Positions 56,402 through 64,000 of a stretch of DNA of 64,000 nt are shown one piece after another. The DNA is from Escherichia phage S143_2. The stretch lies in the sequence record MZ189261.1. One strand, 5' to 3'. Position numbers and translations under genes: made by a program. The notes under the pieces were generated by a model. That model did not search any database and had not been told where the DNA came from. It saw only the letters and a list, made by a program, of their open reading frames with translations. Numbering within the stretch: the stretch's first letter is position 1; the number at the start of each line of letters is the position of its first letter.

Positions 56402-56581
56402 TTATTCACCAATTAAAGTTTCAACAAAATTCACCAAATCATTCTGACGAGAATCAACTTGTTTTTCATAAAAGTCTCCACAGTCATTTACTGCATGATA
56501 AGCTACATCATTTAAATCTGAATCAGCTTCACGTAAGTCATGGATAAGGTCCATCAATTTATTAGCTTGTTCACGGGTCAT
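56402..56581 (-). CDS. small acidic ORF (59 aa, below cutoff)
   Basis: hand translation MTREQANKLMDLIHDLREAD...; tight spacing. Confidence 0.3.
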   Translation of the reverse strand: MTREQANKLMDLIHDLREADSDLNDVAYHAVNDCGDFYEKQVDSRQNDLVNFVETLIGE

Positions 56582-56707
56582 TTTACCATACTCGTTTCAA
56601 TAAGATTCACTATGCCGTTTACCATGTTATAAGTAAACATCGGATAATTGTATTGTACTACAACATAAGCGATAAGCAAAAGTTTCATTTTGTTCTCCGT
56701 TTGTTTT

Positions 56708-56746
56708 GATAGGACTACTATAACATAGTCCTACCAAGATGTAAAC
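56708..56746 (-). promoter_or_regulatory. early promoter with stem-loop
   Basis: minus-sense GTTTAC, 17 nt, -10 in ggacta...tagtcc hairpin, GGAGAA SD. Confidence 0.5.
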
Positions 56747-56982
56747 TACCGATTGTGTTTTAAATGTTGATAAAGTTCTTCAACTTGTTTAGGGTCCAAA
56801 ACAATTAGGTCATTTTCTTGGCGAAGATAAATCCATCCCTTATCCCCAGGACCATTTTTACAAAACATCACCGTCGTCATATCGTCATCTTCAGCGCTTT
56901 CAGGTAAAAGTTCAAGTACACCGTCTTCAGATTTTCCAGTATAATCGTAAAGCATAATATCCTCACATAATCTCGTTAACAT
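56746..56982 (-). CDS. hypothetical protein (78 aa)
   Basis: ORF track. Confidence 0.45.
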   Translation of the reverse strand: MLTRLCEDIMLYDYTGKSEDGVLELLPESAEDDDMTTVMFCKNGPGDKGWIYLRQENDLIVLDPKQVEELYQHLKHNR

Positions 56983-57142
56983 ACATTTGCAATTCGGAGT
57001 GGGCTTCGGCCATCTTTTTCATAGCTCTGTTAATGTCGATGTCTCCATCTTCGCAACCATGAGCATTTTCCCAATCAGATACCGCATTAGCGTACTCTTC
57101 AATCAAAAACATTAACTTAGAAATTTTTTCTTTACGTGACAT
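56963..57142 (-). CDS. hypothetical small protein
   Basis: ORF track 56963..57211 trimmed to ATG (MSRKEK) behind GAGGAGAA SD. Confidence 0.4.
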   Translation of the reverse strand: MSRKEKISKLMFLIEEYANAVSDWENAHGCEDGDIDINRAMKKMAEAHSELQMYVNEIM

Positions 57143-57146
57143 AACG

Positions 57147-57198
57147 TTCTCCTCTAGTAAGTAAGGACTACTATAACACAACCTGAGGAGAAGTAAAC
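57147..57198 (-). promoter_or_regulatory. early promoter with stem-loop
   Basis: minus-sense GTTTAC, 17 nt, TATAGT; arms ttctcctc / gaggagaa. Confidence 0.55.
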
Positions 57199-57243
57199 TG
57201 ATAGATGCCAAAAAGCCCCAACCATAAGGAAGGGGCTAGTAAA

Positions 57244-57546
57244 TTAGATAGATGTAGGCTCTAATTTTATTTTCATGAACTCGGCAAATTGTCTGGCAGT
57301 TTTTATGCCTTGTTCATGACATTCAAATGCATCATCACAGGGGCTATTTTTGTAATGCTTTGCCATATACTTATAGAATTTTTCAGAATTCTCTACATTT
57401 TGAATTTCAAACAAAGTATATACGTTTTTAATCCCTGATTCCATAAAGTTATCAAAATATGGGTCGGTGTACGCAGTACCAACGATAGGAGTTGTTGCTG
57501 CAAAAAACCCCAGCATCGCCATGACAGCTATCGCTCTTAAGGCCAT
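57244..57546 (-). CDS. rI: lysis-inhibition regulator RI-like (signal-anchored)
   Basis: 100 aa, MALRAIAVMAMLG signal, DPYFDNFMESGI and conserved Cys pair; position upstream of tk. Confidence 0.55.
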   Translation of the reverse strand: MALRAIAVMAMLGFFAATTPIVGTAYTDPYFDNFMESGIKNVYTLFEIQNVENSEKFYKYMAKHYKNSPCDDAFECHEQGIKTARQFAEFMKIKLEPTSI

Positions 57547-57558
57547 ATAGGCCTCCTG

Positions 57559-57771
57559 TTAATTTTGGCCAGTATTTATTTTTCGCCTTTGGACGGCCTT
57601 AACATCTGTGAGGTATTTTTCCAGCTTGCGCTTGCGTGTATAATCAGCTTTAGAACCAGTTTGACGGATATCCTCGTTTAAATGAGAAATAGAATGTCCT
57701 AATTCTCTTCGGATTTCATCCAATTGGGCTACAGTAAGATTACGAAGTTGTCTTTCGTTTAATTGCTGCAT
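57559..57771 (-). CDS. hypothetical basic protein (70 aa)
   Basis: ORF track. Confidence 0.45.
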   Translation of the reverse strand: MQQLNERQLRNLTVAQLDEIRRELGHSISHLNEDIRQTGSKADYTRKRKLEKYLTDVKAVQRRKINTGQN

Positions 57772-57798
57772 ATATACCTCTTGGTTAGATATTAGTAT

Positions 57799-58380
57799 TT
57801 ATAACAACCCTGTCAAATCATTCCAATGCTTCCGGCATAATGACACATATCTATCAGTATCACCAATTTCAATTTGACTGCCATCTGTAATTGGAAGTCC
57901 GTCTTCCGTGACTCTAGCTACCATTGTGGCCTTTTTACCACAATGACAGACACCTTTAAGTTCAACAAGCTTATCGGCAATAGCCATTAATGCTTGAGAA
58001 CCTTCAAATAGATTACCTTTAAAATCTGTTCGTAGTCCATATGCCATTACCGGCACATTGTATACGTCAACAATACGACTAAGTTGATACACCTTTTCAG
58101 TAGTTAAGAATTGAGCTTCGTCAACAAATACACAATGAATATCCTTTTGTGCTGCAGCCCATTTATAGAATTCAAAGATATCCATGTCTTTTGTAATTAT
58201 ATTGGCGTCCTGACGAATACCAATACGAGAGACTATTTCACCTTTTGAATCGCGAGTATCAATAGCCGGTTTAAGAACTAATACACCCATGCCACGTTCT
58301 TTATAGTTATGAGCGGCAGTAAGTAATGAAGCAGACTTACCAGCGTTCATAGCGGCATATGTAAAAATTAAACTAGCCAT
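57799..58380 (-). CDS. tk: thymidine kinase
   Basis: Walker A AAMNAGKS, zinc-ribbon Cys pairs, 193 aa. Confidence 0.9.
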   Translation of the reverse strand: MASLIFTYAAMNAGKSASLLTAAHNYKERGMGVLVLKPAIDTRDSKGEIVSRIGIRQDANIITKDMDIFEFYKWAAAQKDIHCVFVDEAQFLTTEKVYQLSRIVDVYNVPVMAYGLRTDFKGNLFEGSQALMAIADKLVELKGVCHCGKKATMVARVTEDGLPITDGSQIEIGDTDRYVSLCRKHWNDLTGLL

Positions 58381-58570
58381 AAGAGTCCTTAGTTAAATTT
58401 TCTAAATATGTTTCTAAATCATTTTCAGCTTTATCGATAGATTTTACTAATTCGTAGTATGTTTCAGCATCTCCATAATCCGAAGCCAATTCAAAAGATA
58501 AATCTCGTTCTAAACTAATAATTTCGCTGATTAAAAATCGTATTTCATTCTTTTGTTCGCGAGTAATCAT
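58373..58570 (-). CDS. hypothetical protein (65 aa)
   Basis: ORF track. Confidence 0.4.
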   Translation of the reverse strand: MITREQKNEIRFLISEIISLERDLSFELASDYGDAETYYELVKSIDKAENDLETYLENLTKDSYG

Positions 58571-58773
58571 AAGGAATTTATATAATCAATAAGTTCTTGT
58601 TCTTTATCGTCGAAATCTTTACACAGTTCTTCGTATTCGTCGGTATTAAAAGGACCGCATTCATCGCAAACTTTTTCCAATTCACTATTTTTATCCATAA
58701 CTTCGTGAATAAGAGAAAATAGTATGTCTTTTTGTTCTTTACTTAAACTCATAACCATGTAACCTTTAAGCAA
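58567..58773 (-). CDS. hypothetical acidic Cys-containing protein
   Basis: ORF track; start may be internal ATG. Confidence 0.4.
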   Translation of the reverse strand: MLKGYMVMSLSKEQKDILFSLIHEVMDKNSELEKVCDECGPFNTDEYEELCKDFDDKEQELIDYINSL

Positions 58774-58976
58774 TATTCTTCTACATGTTGTTTACGACCT
58801 TTCTTATCAATAAAGGTATATTCAACGAATGTTCCGATGTAGTCTTTATCTACATCATGTGGACTATTAATTGGACATTTAGTACGACAAATGCGTTCCC
58901 ATTGACGAATAATTACTGCTTTATTTTTAGGATCAAACGGATGTGGGTAATGCACATTCATAATAATGGTTCCCAA
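58749..58976 (-). CDS. hypothetical protein (75 aa)
   Basis: ORF track. Confidence 0.4.
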   Translation of the reverse strand: MGTIIMNVHYPHPFDPKNKAVIIRQWERICRTKCPINSPHDVDKDYIGTFVEYTFIDKKGRKQHVEEYCLKVTWL

Positions 58977-59455
58977 TCAACAATCACAATTTCTAGTTTA
59001 GTGGAATATGTATCAAGAATTTCTTCAATGATATCCCAGTTTCCACCACCTATACCTGCACCAATTCTTGGCATATAAATTACAGGCTTTGTTATCTTAT
59101 TTTTTCCGAATTCATTTAATTCTATTATACAATTCGTTAAAGCATAGTACTCAAAATTAGGTCCCGGCTCAAACTGTGTATAAAGATTAAAGCAATAAGC
59201 TTTATGGGTCTTAAAATATTTTTCATAAACCGAATAAGTCCCGAGTTTAGACTCGTCTCCGAATTCGGTTTGAAGTTTATCGGCTTCTAGAATTTTTGGA
59301 TAAGCCTTTGCTAATTGTCCTGCCACACCGGCGCCCATTGTATGAAAACAATTACACCCATGAGCTATATTATTACCTTTAGAAAACAGGGCGACAATAT
59401 CGCCCTTGATATAGTTTTTAATCACTTGCTGCAAGTCCTCTAGTATAAGAGTCAA
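58958..59455 (-). CDS. macro-domain protein (ADP-ribose binding/hydrolase fold)
   Basis: HGCNCFHTMGAGVAG and IGAGIGGG glycine-rich loops, 165 aa. Confidence 0.55.
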   Translation of the reverse strand: MTLILEDLQQVIKNYIKGDIVALFSKGNNIAHGCNCFHTMGAGVAGQLAKAYPKILEADKLQTEFGDESKLGTYSVYEKYFKTHKAYCFNLYTQFEPGPNFEYYALTNCIIELNEFGKNKITKPVIYMPRIGAGIGGGNWDIIEEILDTYSTKLEIVIVDWEPLL

Positions 59456-59765
59456 CTAGACGGTCCACCATAGAATTGCATGCTGCCTTATCTTTAGGTT
59501 CCGCCACCGAGCATTCTAATATTTGCCATTTTTTATAGTATCTTTTAATTAAGGTAGACGCCTTGAACCTACTAGACGCCCCATCTTTTTCTCCGTCTTT
59601 ATACGCATATAACAATTTTTGTGAAAAATCTACTTTACACTCTTGACTTTTACCACAATAATCAGACGCCGTTCTGTTTGTATACTCCGTTACATCAGTA
59701 TATGTAGTATTAGCAAGAGCGCTAAATGAAACCAAGCCAACTATTAAAGCCAACATTTTGGTCAT
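59418..59765 (-). CDS. secreted protein (115 aa)
   Basis: signal peptide MTKMLALIVGLVSFSALA. Confidence 0.45.
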   Translation of the reverse strand: MTKMLALIVGLVSFSALANTTYTDVTEYTNRTASDYCGKSQECKVDFSQKLLYAYKDGEKDGASSRFKASTLIKRYYKKWQILECSVAEPKDKAACNSMVDRLVDSYTRGLAASD

Positions 59766-60304
59766 TCTTTTATTTCCAGTAGTTTATTTGATTTAAGGTA
59801 ATTAGCCTTTTCTAGGACTTCAGAAGCATATTTACTTCCAGCACTTGTCTTCCATCCCGCATTATATGAGGATATAGCTTTTCTTATATCCCCGTTATGT
59901 ATATTTAACCAATAAGAAAATTCGATATAAGCCCATCTGGCTGAATTAGACCGCTTAGATAGCATTTTCTTAATTTGGGCATCAGTCATATTATAACCAA
60001 GCTGGTTAATTCTTGCCCTCATTGTTGGTAGATAATTTTGGAACATTCCATACGCATGGTGACCTTTCTTATTTTTAAGATTAATACCGGCAGATGATTC
60101 CTGCCATAGTATTGCGGCCATTATGTATCCAAGTCCTTTCTTATGCATATTTTCATGCGTTTTAAATTTTCCATCCTTAGAAAACTGTTCCCCAAACTGA
60201 TAAGCATAATTCAAGTTATCGAGTTGGACATTACTAAAAGTATGCTCGGAGCTATGTGCTGATAACGAAAGAGCAAATAGACCAGCGAGTAGTGCTTTTC
60301 TCAT
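59762..60304 (-). CDS. soluble lytic transglycosylase-like protein with signal peptide
   Basis: SLT motifs WQESSAG and GMFQ; 180 aa. Confidence 0.6.
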   Translation of the reverse strand: MRKALLAGLFALSLSAHSSEHTFSNVQLDNLNYAYQFGEQFSKDGKFKTHENMHKKGLGYIMAAILWQESSAGINLKNKKGHHAYGMFQNYLPTMRARINQLGYNMTDAQIKKMLSKRSNSARWAYIEFSYWLNIHNGDIRKAISSYNAGWKTSAGSKYASEVLEKANYLKSNKLLEIKE

Positions 60305-60312
60305 GTTTACCT

Positions 60313-60771
60313 CTAGATTTTAATCACTGCTTTAGAAGCTTTTCCTGGTAGTCGTTTACTGTTAATAATAGCCATTCTGCATTGAAGAGTCTTCATTTTG
60401 AATGCTGGATTTTCGCGACAAACTGTAAGTCCTAACCAAAGATTTCCATCAGTTATTTCTAAACGGCCTGGACGATATTCGACACCTTCGACAAAATCTT
60501 CATCAACATCTGGACGTGCCGGCATTGATAAAAATTCTGCAACTTCTTTAACATGATTTTTTACTTTACGAAATAATTCAAAAACGTAGTTCTCATCTAT
60601 TTCTCTCTGGATAGCACGATCTAAGAGATGTTGAGAATACTTGATATGAAAGCCTGGTAGTCCAAGAGACTTTGCAGCATCTTTTATACCGGCATTTATT
60701 TTGCGGAACTCCGTTTCAAAGATTCGACGGAGTTTATTACGGCGGATAAAAACGTCAGAATTGATAGTCAT
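60313..60771 (-). CDS. regB: endoribonuclease RegB
   Basis: 152 aa, MTINSDVFIRRNKLRR start and HLLDRAIQREIDE block match RegB. Confidence 0.85.
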   Translation of the reverse strand: MTINSDVFIRRNKLRRIFETEFRKINAGIKDAAKSLGLPGFHIKYSQHLLDRAIQREIDENYVFELFRKVKNHVKEVAEFLSMPARPDVDEDFVEGVEYRPGRLEITDGNLWLGLTVCRENPAFKMKTLQCRMAIINSKRLPGKASKAVIKI

Positions 60772-60777
60772 TTTGAT

Positions 60778-60828
60778 TTCTCCTCTAGTTGACAGGTCTA
60801 TAGTAACACAACTAGAGGAGAAGTAAAC
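60778..60828 (-). promoter_or_regulatory. early promoter with perfect stem-loop
   Basis: minus-sense GTTTAC, 17 nt, TACTATAGACCTGTC; arms ttctcctctagttg / caactagaggagaa. Confidence 0.6.
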
Positions 60829-60832
60829 TACT

Positions 60833-61048
60833 TTATTGATAAAATGGAGTTAAAGCCCAAGATTCTTTAGATACCATATCGGCGAAATGCCTCATCTCTT
60901 CGATTTGGCGACGACGCTGGTCAGCATAGTCTTCTTCGCCTTCTTCCTTACAATCTTCAAGGTCTTCTTCAAGATACTTTAAGTATTCACTACAAATTTT
61001 GTTGACCTTTTCTTGAAAGTCCAATAACCCAGTAATAGTAGAAGCCAT
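60833..61048 (-). CDS. hypothetical acidic protein (71 aa)
   Basis: ORF track. Confidence 0.45.
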   Translation of the reverse strand: MASTITGLLDFQEKVNKICSEYLKYLEEDLEDCKEEGEEDYADQRRRQIEEMRHFADMVSKESWALTPFYQ

Positions 61049-61314
61049 TAGTATTTTTCCTCAGGTCGAAATACTGCACGACATGCCCACATGCTGGCTT
61101 CTTTTAGATGTTGCTTAGCATACTTAAGAGCCTGCACTGCATCCATATCTTCTTTGGTTTGTTGCTCTGATTCATTTTCTTTCAAGATATATGCTTCTTC
61201 AATCAGAGCATCAAACATCAATCCAAGACGGACTTCTGCGTCTTTAATAGCGTTCACTTTACTGATTTTATCATCGGTATGTGGCTTGTAGCCTTTGATG
61301 TCTTCAATCGACAT
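61048..61314 (-). CDS. hypothetical protein (start uncertain)
   Basis: ORF track 61048..61482 trimmed to ATG behind GAGGAA SD. Confidence 0.4.
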   Translation of the reverse strand: MSIEDIKGYKPHTDDKISKVNAIKDAEVRLGLMFDALIEEAYILKENESEQQTKEDMDAVQALKYAKQHLKEASMWACRAVFRPEEKY

Positions 61315-61528
61315 AAGGAATTTCCTCATCGGTGGCAAGGTCATATTCGACCAATTGGATAGGCTCATTAATACCATATCCGCGTACAGTGATATCGGTT
61401 GACGGATATTTTCCAGTAATATCACCCGTTCTAAATGCTTCAATGAATGATTGCTCGCCTGAGCAACTAAACCAGGCGGCAAAACATTTTAAAACATCTT
61501 CAGACCCTTCTATAATCAATTTAGCCAT
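61304..61528 (-). CDS. hypothetical protein (74 aa)
   Basis: ORF track; GAGAG SD. Confidence 0.4.
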   Translation of the reverse strand: MAKLIIEGSEDVLKCFAAWFSCSGEQSFIEAFRTGDITGKYPSTDITVRGYGINEPIQLVEYDLATDEEIPYVD

Positions 61529-61890
61529 TATAGACTCTCAGTAAAGGTACGAGCTATAACGTCGCGCTGCTGTTCTGGAGTCAGAGAGTTAAAGCGAACT
61601 GCATAACCGGATACACGGATGGTCAGCTGCGGATATTTTTCTGGATGCTTAACTGCATCTTCCAGAATTTCACGACGCAGAACGTTAACGTTCAGGTGTT
61701 GACCACCTTCAATTTTAACTTTAGGTTGATGTTCAATTTCAATTTCACGGGCATTCAAACCGTAGAAAATTTCCGGGTCTACAATAGCGTCTTCTTTAAA
61801 AGTCTTAGAGACGATAATCCGGGCTTGAGTACCGTCTTCAAAATAAATAGTGCCTTTATGTGCACCTTCAAGAATTTGATATGCTTTCAT
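61528..61890 (-). CDS. autonomous glycyl-radical cofactor (GrcA/YfiD-like)
   Basis: C-terminal glycyl-radical motif RVSGYAV; 120 aa. Confidence 0.65.
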   Translation of the reverse strand: MKAYQILEGAHKGTIYFEDGTQARIIVSKTFKEDAIVDPEIFYGLNAREIEIEHQPKVKIEGGQHLNVNVLRREILEDAVKHPEKYPQLTIRVSGYAVRFNSLTPEQQRDVIARTFTESL

Positions 61891-61896
61891 ATAACC

Positions 61897-62205
61897 TCAA
61901 TTAGAAAATAAATTTATCCAAGATTTTTCTTTAATCAAAAATGGGTCGGAATTAAACGCCATTAAACTTTGAGTGATTAATCCCTTAAATGGCCCATCAA
62001 TAAATTCCATTTTGAAATGCGGAATACTAGTCATCAACCGTGCATTAGGAGCAGTACAAAGAACCTGCTGCCCTGCGAACGGACCTTTAGTCAAACGATA
62101 TCGTTTAGGTTTAAAATGGTAAATCTCATAATTTTCTACAAGAGCCCTTTTATTGCATACTGGGCTGTTATAACAATACTCAAAAACTTCAATAGTGGTC
62201 ATCAT
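61897..62205 (-). CDS. hypothetical protein
   Basis: ORF track trimmed to ATG overlapping upstream stop (ATGATGA). Confidence 0.4.
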   Translation of the reverse strand: MMTTIEVFEYCYNSPVCNKRALVENYEIYHFKPKRYRLTKGPFAGQQVLCTAPNARLMTSIPHFKMEFIDGPFKGLITQSLMAFNSDPFLIKEKSWINLFSN

Positions 62206-62741
62206 TGCATTCCAATCACAAAAAATTGAGGACGAGCAATACCGCCGATGCAATATTTGCTTTTGCAGCAGTGCTGTACTGATTTAATATGGACATTGTA
62301 AATCTTATCCATATCAGGAGCTTTAATAGGCTCGTCAATTATATACAGAATACGAGAAAGCGTTAATCCACGGAATTTAGAACCTTCATTACCAATAAAA
62401 CTACGGACAGAATCAGTAAATAAACGGAATCGAATATCATCGCTAGAATAACGAGAAAATTCTTTTTTAATGTTGCCAGCAGAAATTTTAGCATAAGCTG
62501 AAGTATTAGAAAGAACAATAACTGTTCCACCATCGAGCAGCCAATTAGCGGCAAAATTAGTTACTGCAGTTGATTTACCAGATTGTCTGCCACCATCTAA
62601 ACGAAGTGTACAGTACTGCTTGAGTACGTCTTCAAATGGTGGGGCATAACCGTTCTTACAAATTTCTTCTACTCTAGCATCAGAATGGTGTGTAAAAGCA
62701 TTCATCAGGGATAGATAAGGTCCAGTTAAAAATGTTCTCAT
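62202..62741 (-). CDS. small P-loop protein (179 aa)
   Basis: Walker A GGRQSGKST, Walker B-like ILYIIDEP. Confidence 0.5.
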   Translation of the reverse strand: MRTFLTGPYLSLMNAFTHHSDARVEEICKNGYAPPFEDVLKQYCTLRLDGGRQSGKSTAVTNFAANWLLDGGTVIVLSNTSAYAKISAGNIKKEFSRYSSDDIRFRLFTDSVRSFIGNEGSKFRGLTLSRILYIIDEPIKAPDMDKIYNVHIKSVQHCCKSKYCIGGIARPQFFVIGMQ

Positions 62742-62914
62742 TTAGTTTCTCTTAAGGTTGGGGCCATTCCGTGGCACATGTTAGGTCCTTCGACTCGCTA
62801 TGTAAACCCATTACCGCACTTGGGCTCGACCTTATTACAGGTTGGAAAAGGTACATCACTCAGAGGACTCGACGTTCATAAGGAGAGGTTGCGTTTCCCT
62901 TTATTAGGCAAGAA

Positions 62915-63244
62915 TTATACTCTAGGCTTTTGAGCTTGTTTGGTATTGGATTCCCATGCGGCTTTGGTAATTTTGTTAGCGGCATAACCAAAGGCACTAG
63001 ATAGAACACCTTTAGAGTTGAATACATCCAATCCAATAAGTACACCGGCTGTGTTAAATTTAGGAGCAAAGTACGCATTAGTTTTAGAAAGAGCTTTTTT
63101 CAATTCAGGGTCTTGAACCAAGCCATCAAAAACGCCTTTACTATTTACTTTATATGTTACTTTGGGATTTTTAGCTTCTTCGATAGCAGCTTTCTGTTCC
63201 GCAGATAATGTAACTTCAGTGATAAACTCTTGATATGTTTTCAT
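62915..63244 (-). CDS. ipII: internal protein, IPII-like
   Basis: N-terminal MKTYQEFITE capsid-targeting consensus, basic, 109 aa. Confidence 0.6.
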   Translation of the reverse strand: MKTYQEFITEVTLSAEQKAAIEEAKNPKVTYKVNSKGVFDGLVQDPELKKALSKTNAYFAPKFNTAGVLIGLDVFNSKGVLSSAFGYAANKITKAAWESNTKQAQKPRV

Positions 63245-63282
63245 ATGTTTCCTTTAAATGTAAATAGGCCTAAGTATCGGCC

Positions 63283-63861
63283 TTAATTACCACGGGCTGC
63301 ATTAGCAACGGCATAAGCGTACTGAACATTAGCGTCTTTAAACGTACCTTTAGAGGTATCTATTTCTGCCTTAAAGCCGCCTTTAGCCATAACATCGGCA
63401 AATTCTTTACGGAAGGCCATTGCATCAAGACCTTTCCATGATGATTTATGCTTGGCAAATTCAAGACCTGCGAAGTTGACAGCTTTAGCCAATTTATTAT
63501 CAATGACCCATTTACCGGCTTTAGGCACAAACTTCGGTCCTTTTTGTTTAGAGAACAGTTTTAAATTCCAGCGACGAAGATCACTGTCGGCTTTAACAAA
63601 AGCTGCGTCTAAGTTACTAGCAACAACATCTTCAATATGAGCAAATTTAAGTCCGTCAACTTCAATATTTAGATCGTTACGCCAGCGAAGTCCTTCCCAA
63701 GCGAAGGCTTTAAAATCAGAAGCCTTTGTGGCTAGATATCGTTCAATTGGAGCAGTTTTAGGGTCAAAGCCGTTTCCACCACGATAAGTCCACTCGTCCT
63801 TATTAATGCCTTGAGCTTTTCCTGCAAAGGCCTCGGCGATAAATTCTTTATACGTTTTCAT
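63283..63861 (-). CDS. ipIII: internal protein, IPIII-like
   Basis: N-terminal MKTYKEFIAEA capsid-targeting consensus, basic, 192 aa. Confidence 0.6.
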   Translation of the reverse strand: MKTYKEFIAEAFAGKAQGINKDEWTYRGGNGFDPKTAPIERYLATKASDFKAFAWEGLRWRNDLNIEVDGLKFAHIEDVVASNLDAAFVKADSDLRRWNLKLFSKQKGPKFVPKAGKWVIDNKLAKAVNFAGLEFAKHKSSWKGLDAMAFRKEFADVMAKGGFKAEIDTSKGTFKDANVQYAYAVANAARGN

Positions 63862-64000
63862 TTTTGTTCCTATTGTTTTAATTTATGTTATTCTTTAGGG
63901 AAGTTTTTAGAGTATGCGTCGTAAAGTTTATTGCCGATGCGACGGAAGACTTTAGCTGCAAAACGGTTTTCAGGGTTTTTAATCATGATTTGCATCATGT

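Noticed and set aside
62742-62914. Possible tRNA or group I intron in the GC-rich spacer
   Set aside because: No cloverleaf with a T-loop GTTCGA-type motif or acceptor stem could be built by eye. Kept only as an unexplained structured region.
1-64000. CRISPR array, integrase or transposase
   Set aside because: No regularly spaced direct repeats and no recombinase-like ORFs; the content is that of a lytic T4-type phage.
63863-64000. Minus-strand ORF at the window edge
   Set aside because: Only about 36 codons are visible before the window ends, so the frame may be a tiny gene or the 3' end of a longer one. Not callable.

Overview
This window is a 64-kb early/middle-gene segment of a T4-like (Tevenvirinae-type) phage genome, roughly collinear with T4 from rIIA to the internal-protein genes. 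Almost all coding is on the minus strand and densely packed. Recognisable core genes by protein motif and synteny: rIIA, fused topoisomerase gp39(+60), dexA, dda, a ModA/ModB-like ADP-ribosyltransferase, soc, gp56 dCTPase, gp61 primase, dmd, gp41 helicase, uvsX, a gene-42-like dCMP hydroxymethylase, gp43 DNA polymerase, regA, gp62/44 clamp loader, gp45 clamp, gp46/47, gp55, nrdG/nrdD, endonuclease VII, nrdC, rI, tk, regB and IPII/IPIII-like proteins. The most striking content is a DNA-modification island. The T4 alpha- and beta-glucosyltransferase genes are absent. In their place are a GT-B glycosyltransferase between rIIA.1 and gene 39, a P-loop kinase plus an unknown 299-aa protein at the bgt position, and a four-to-five gene cassette between genes 42 and 43 that looks like a complete pathway to a nucleotide-activated arabinose (KdsD-like isomerase, HAD-like phosphatase, fused sugar kinase/nucleotidyltransferase, and a U32-like Cys-cluster protein). 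This resembles what is expected for arabinosyl-hmC phages such as RB69, but the pathway assignment here is inference from motifs. The window also contains about 20 copies of a conserved early-promoter element (GTTTAC, 17-18 nt, TA...T) in which a stem-loop encloses the -10 region, UUCG-tetraloop terminators, MotA-box middle promoters, two exact TATAAATA late promoters, several paralogous gene sets, and a variable region between nrdC and tk with an AAA-like ATPase and a nucleotidyltransferase-fold protein. No tRNA, CRISPR array, intron or homing endonuclease was seen. All assignments are from reading the sequence and the ORF track; no searches were run, and coordinates of hand-located elements may be off by 1-2 nt.
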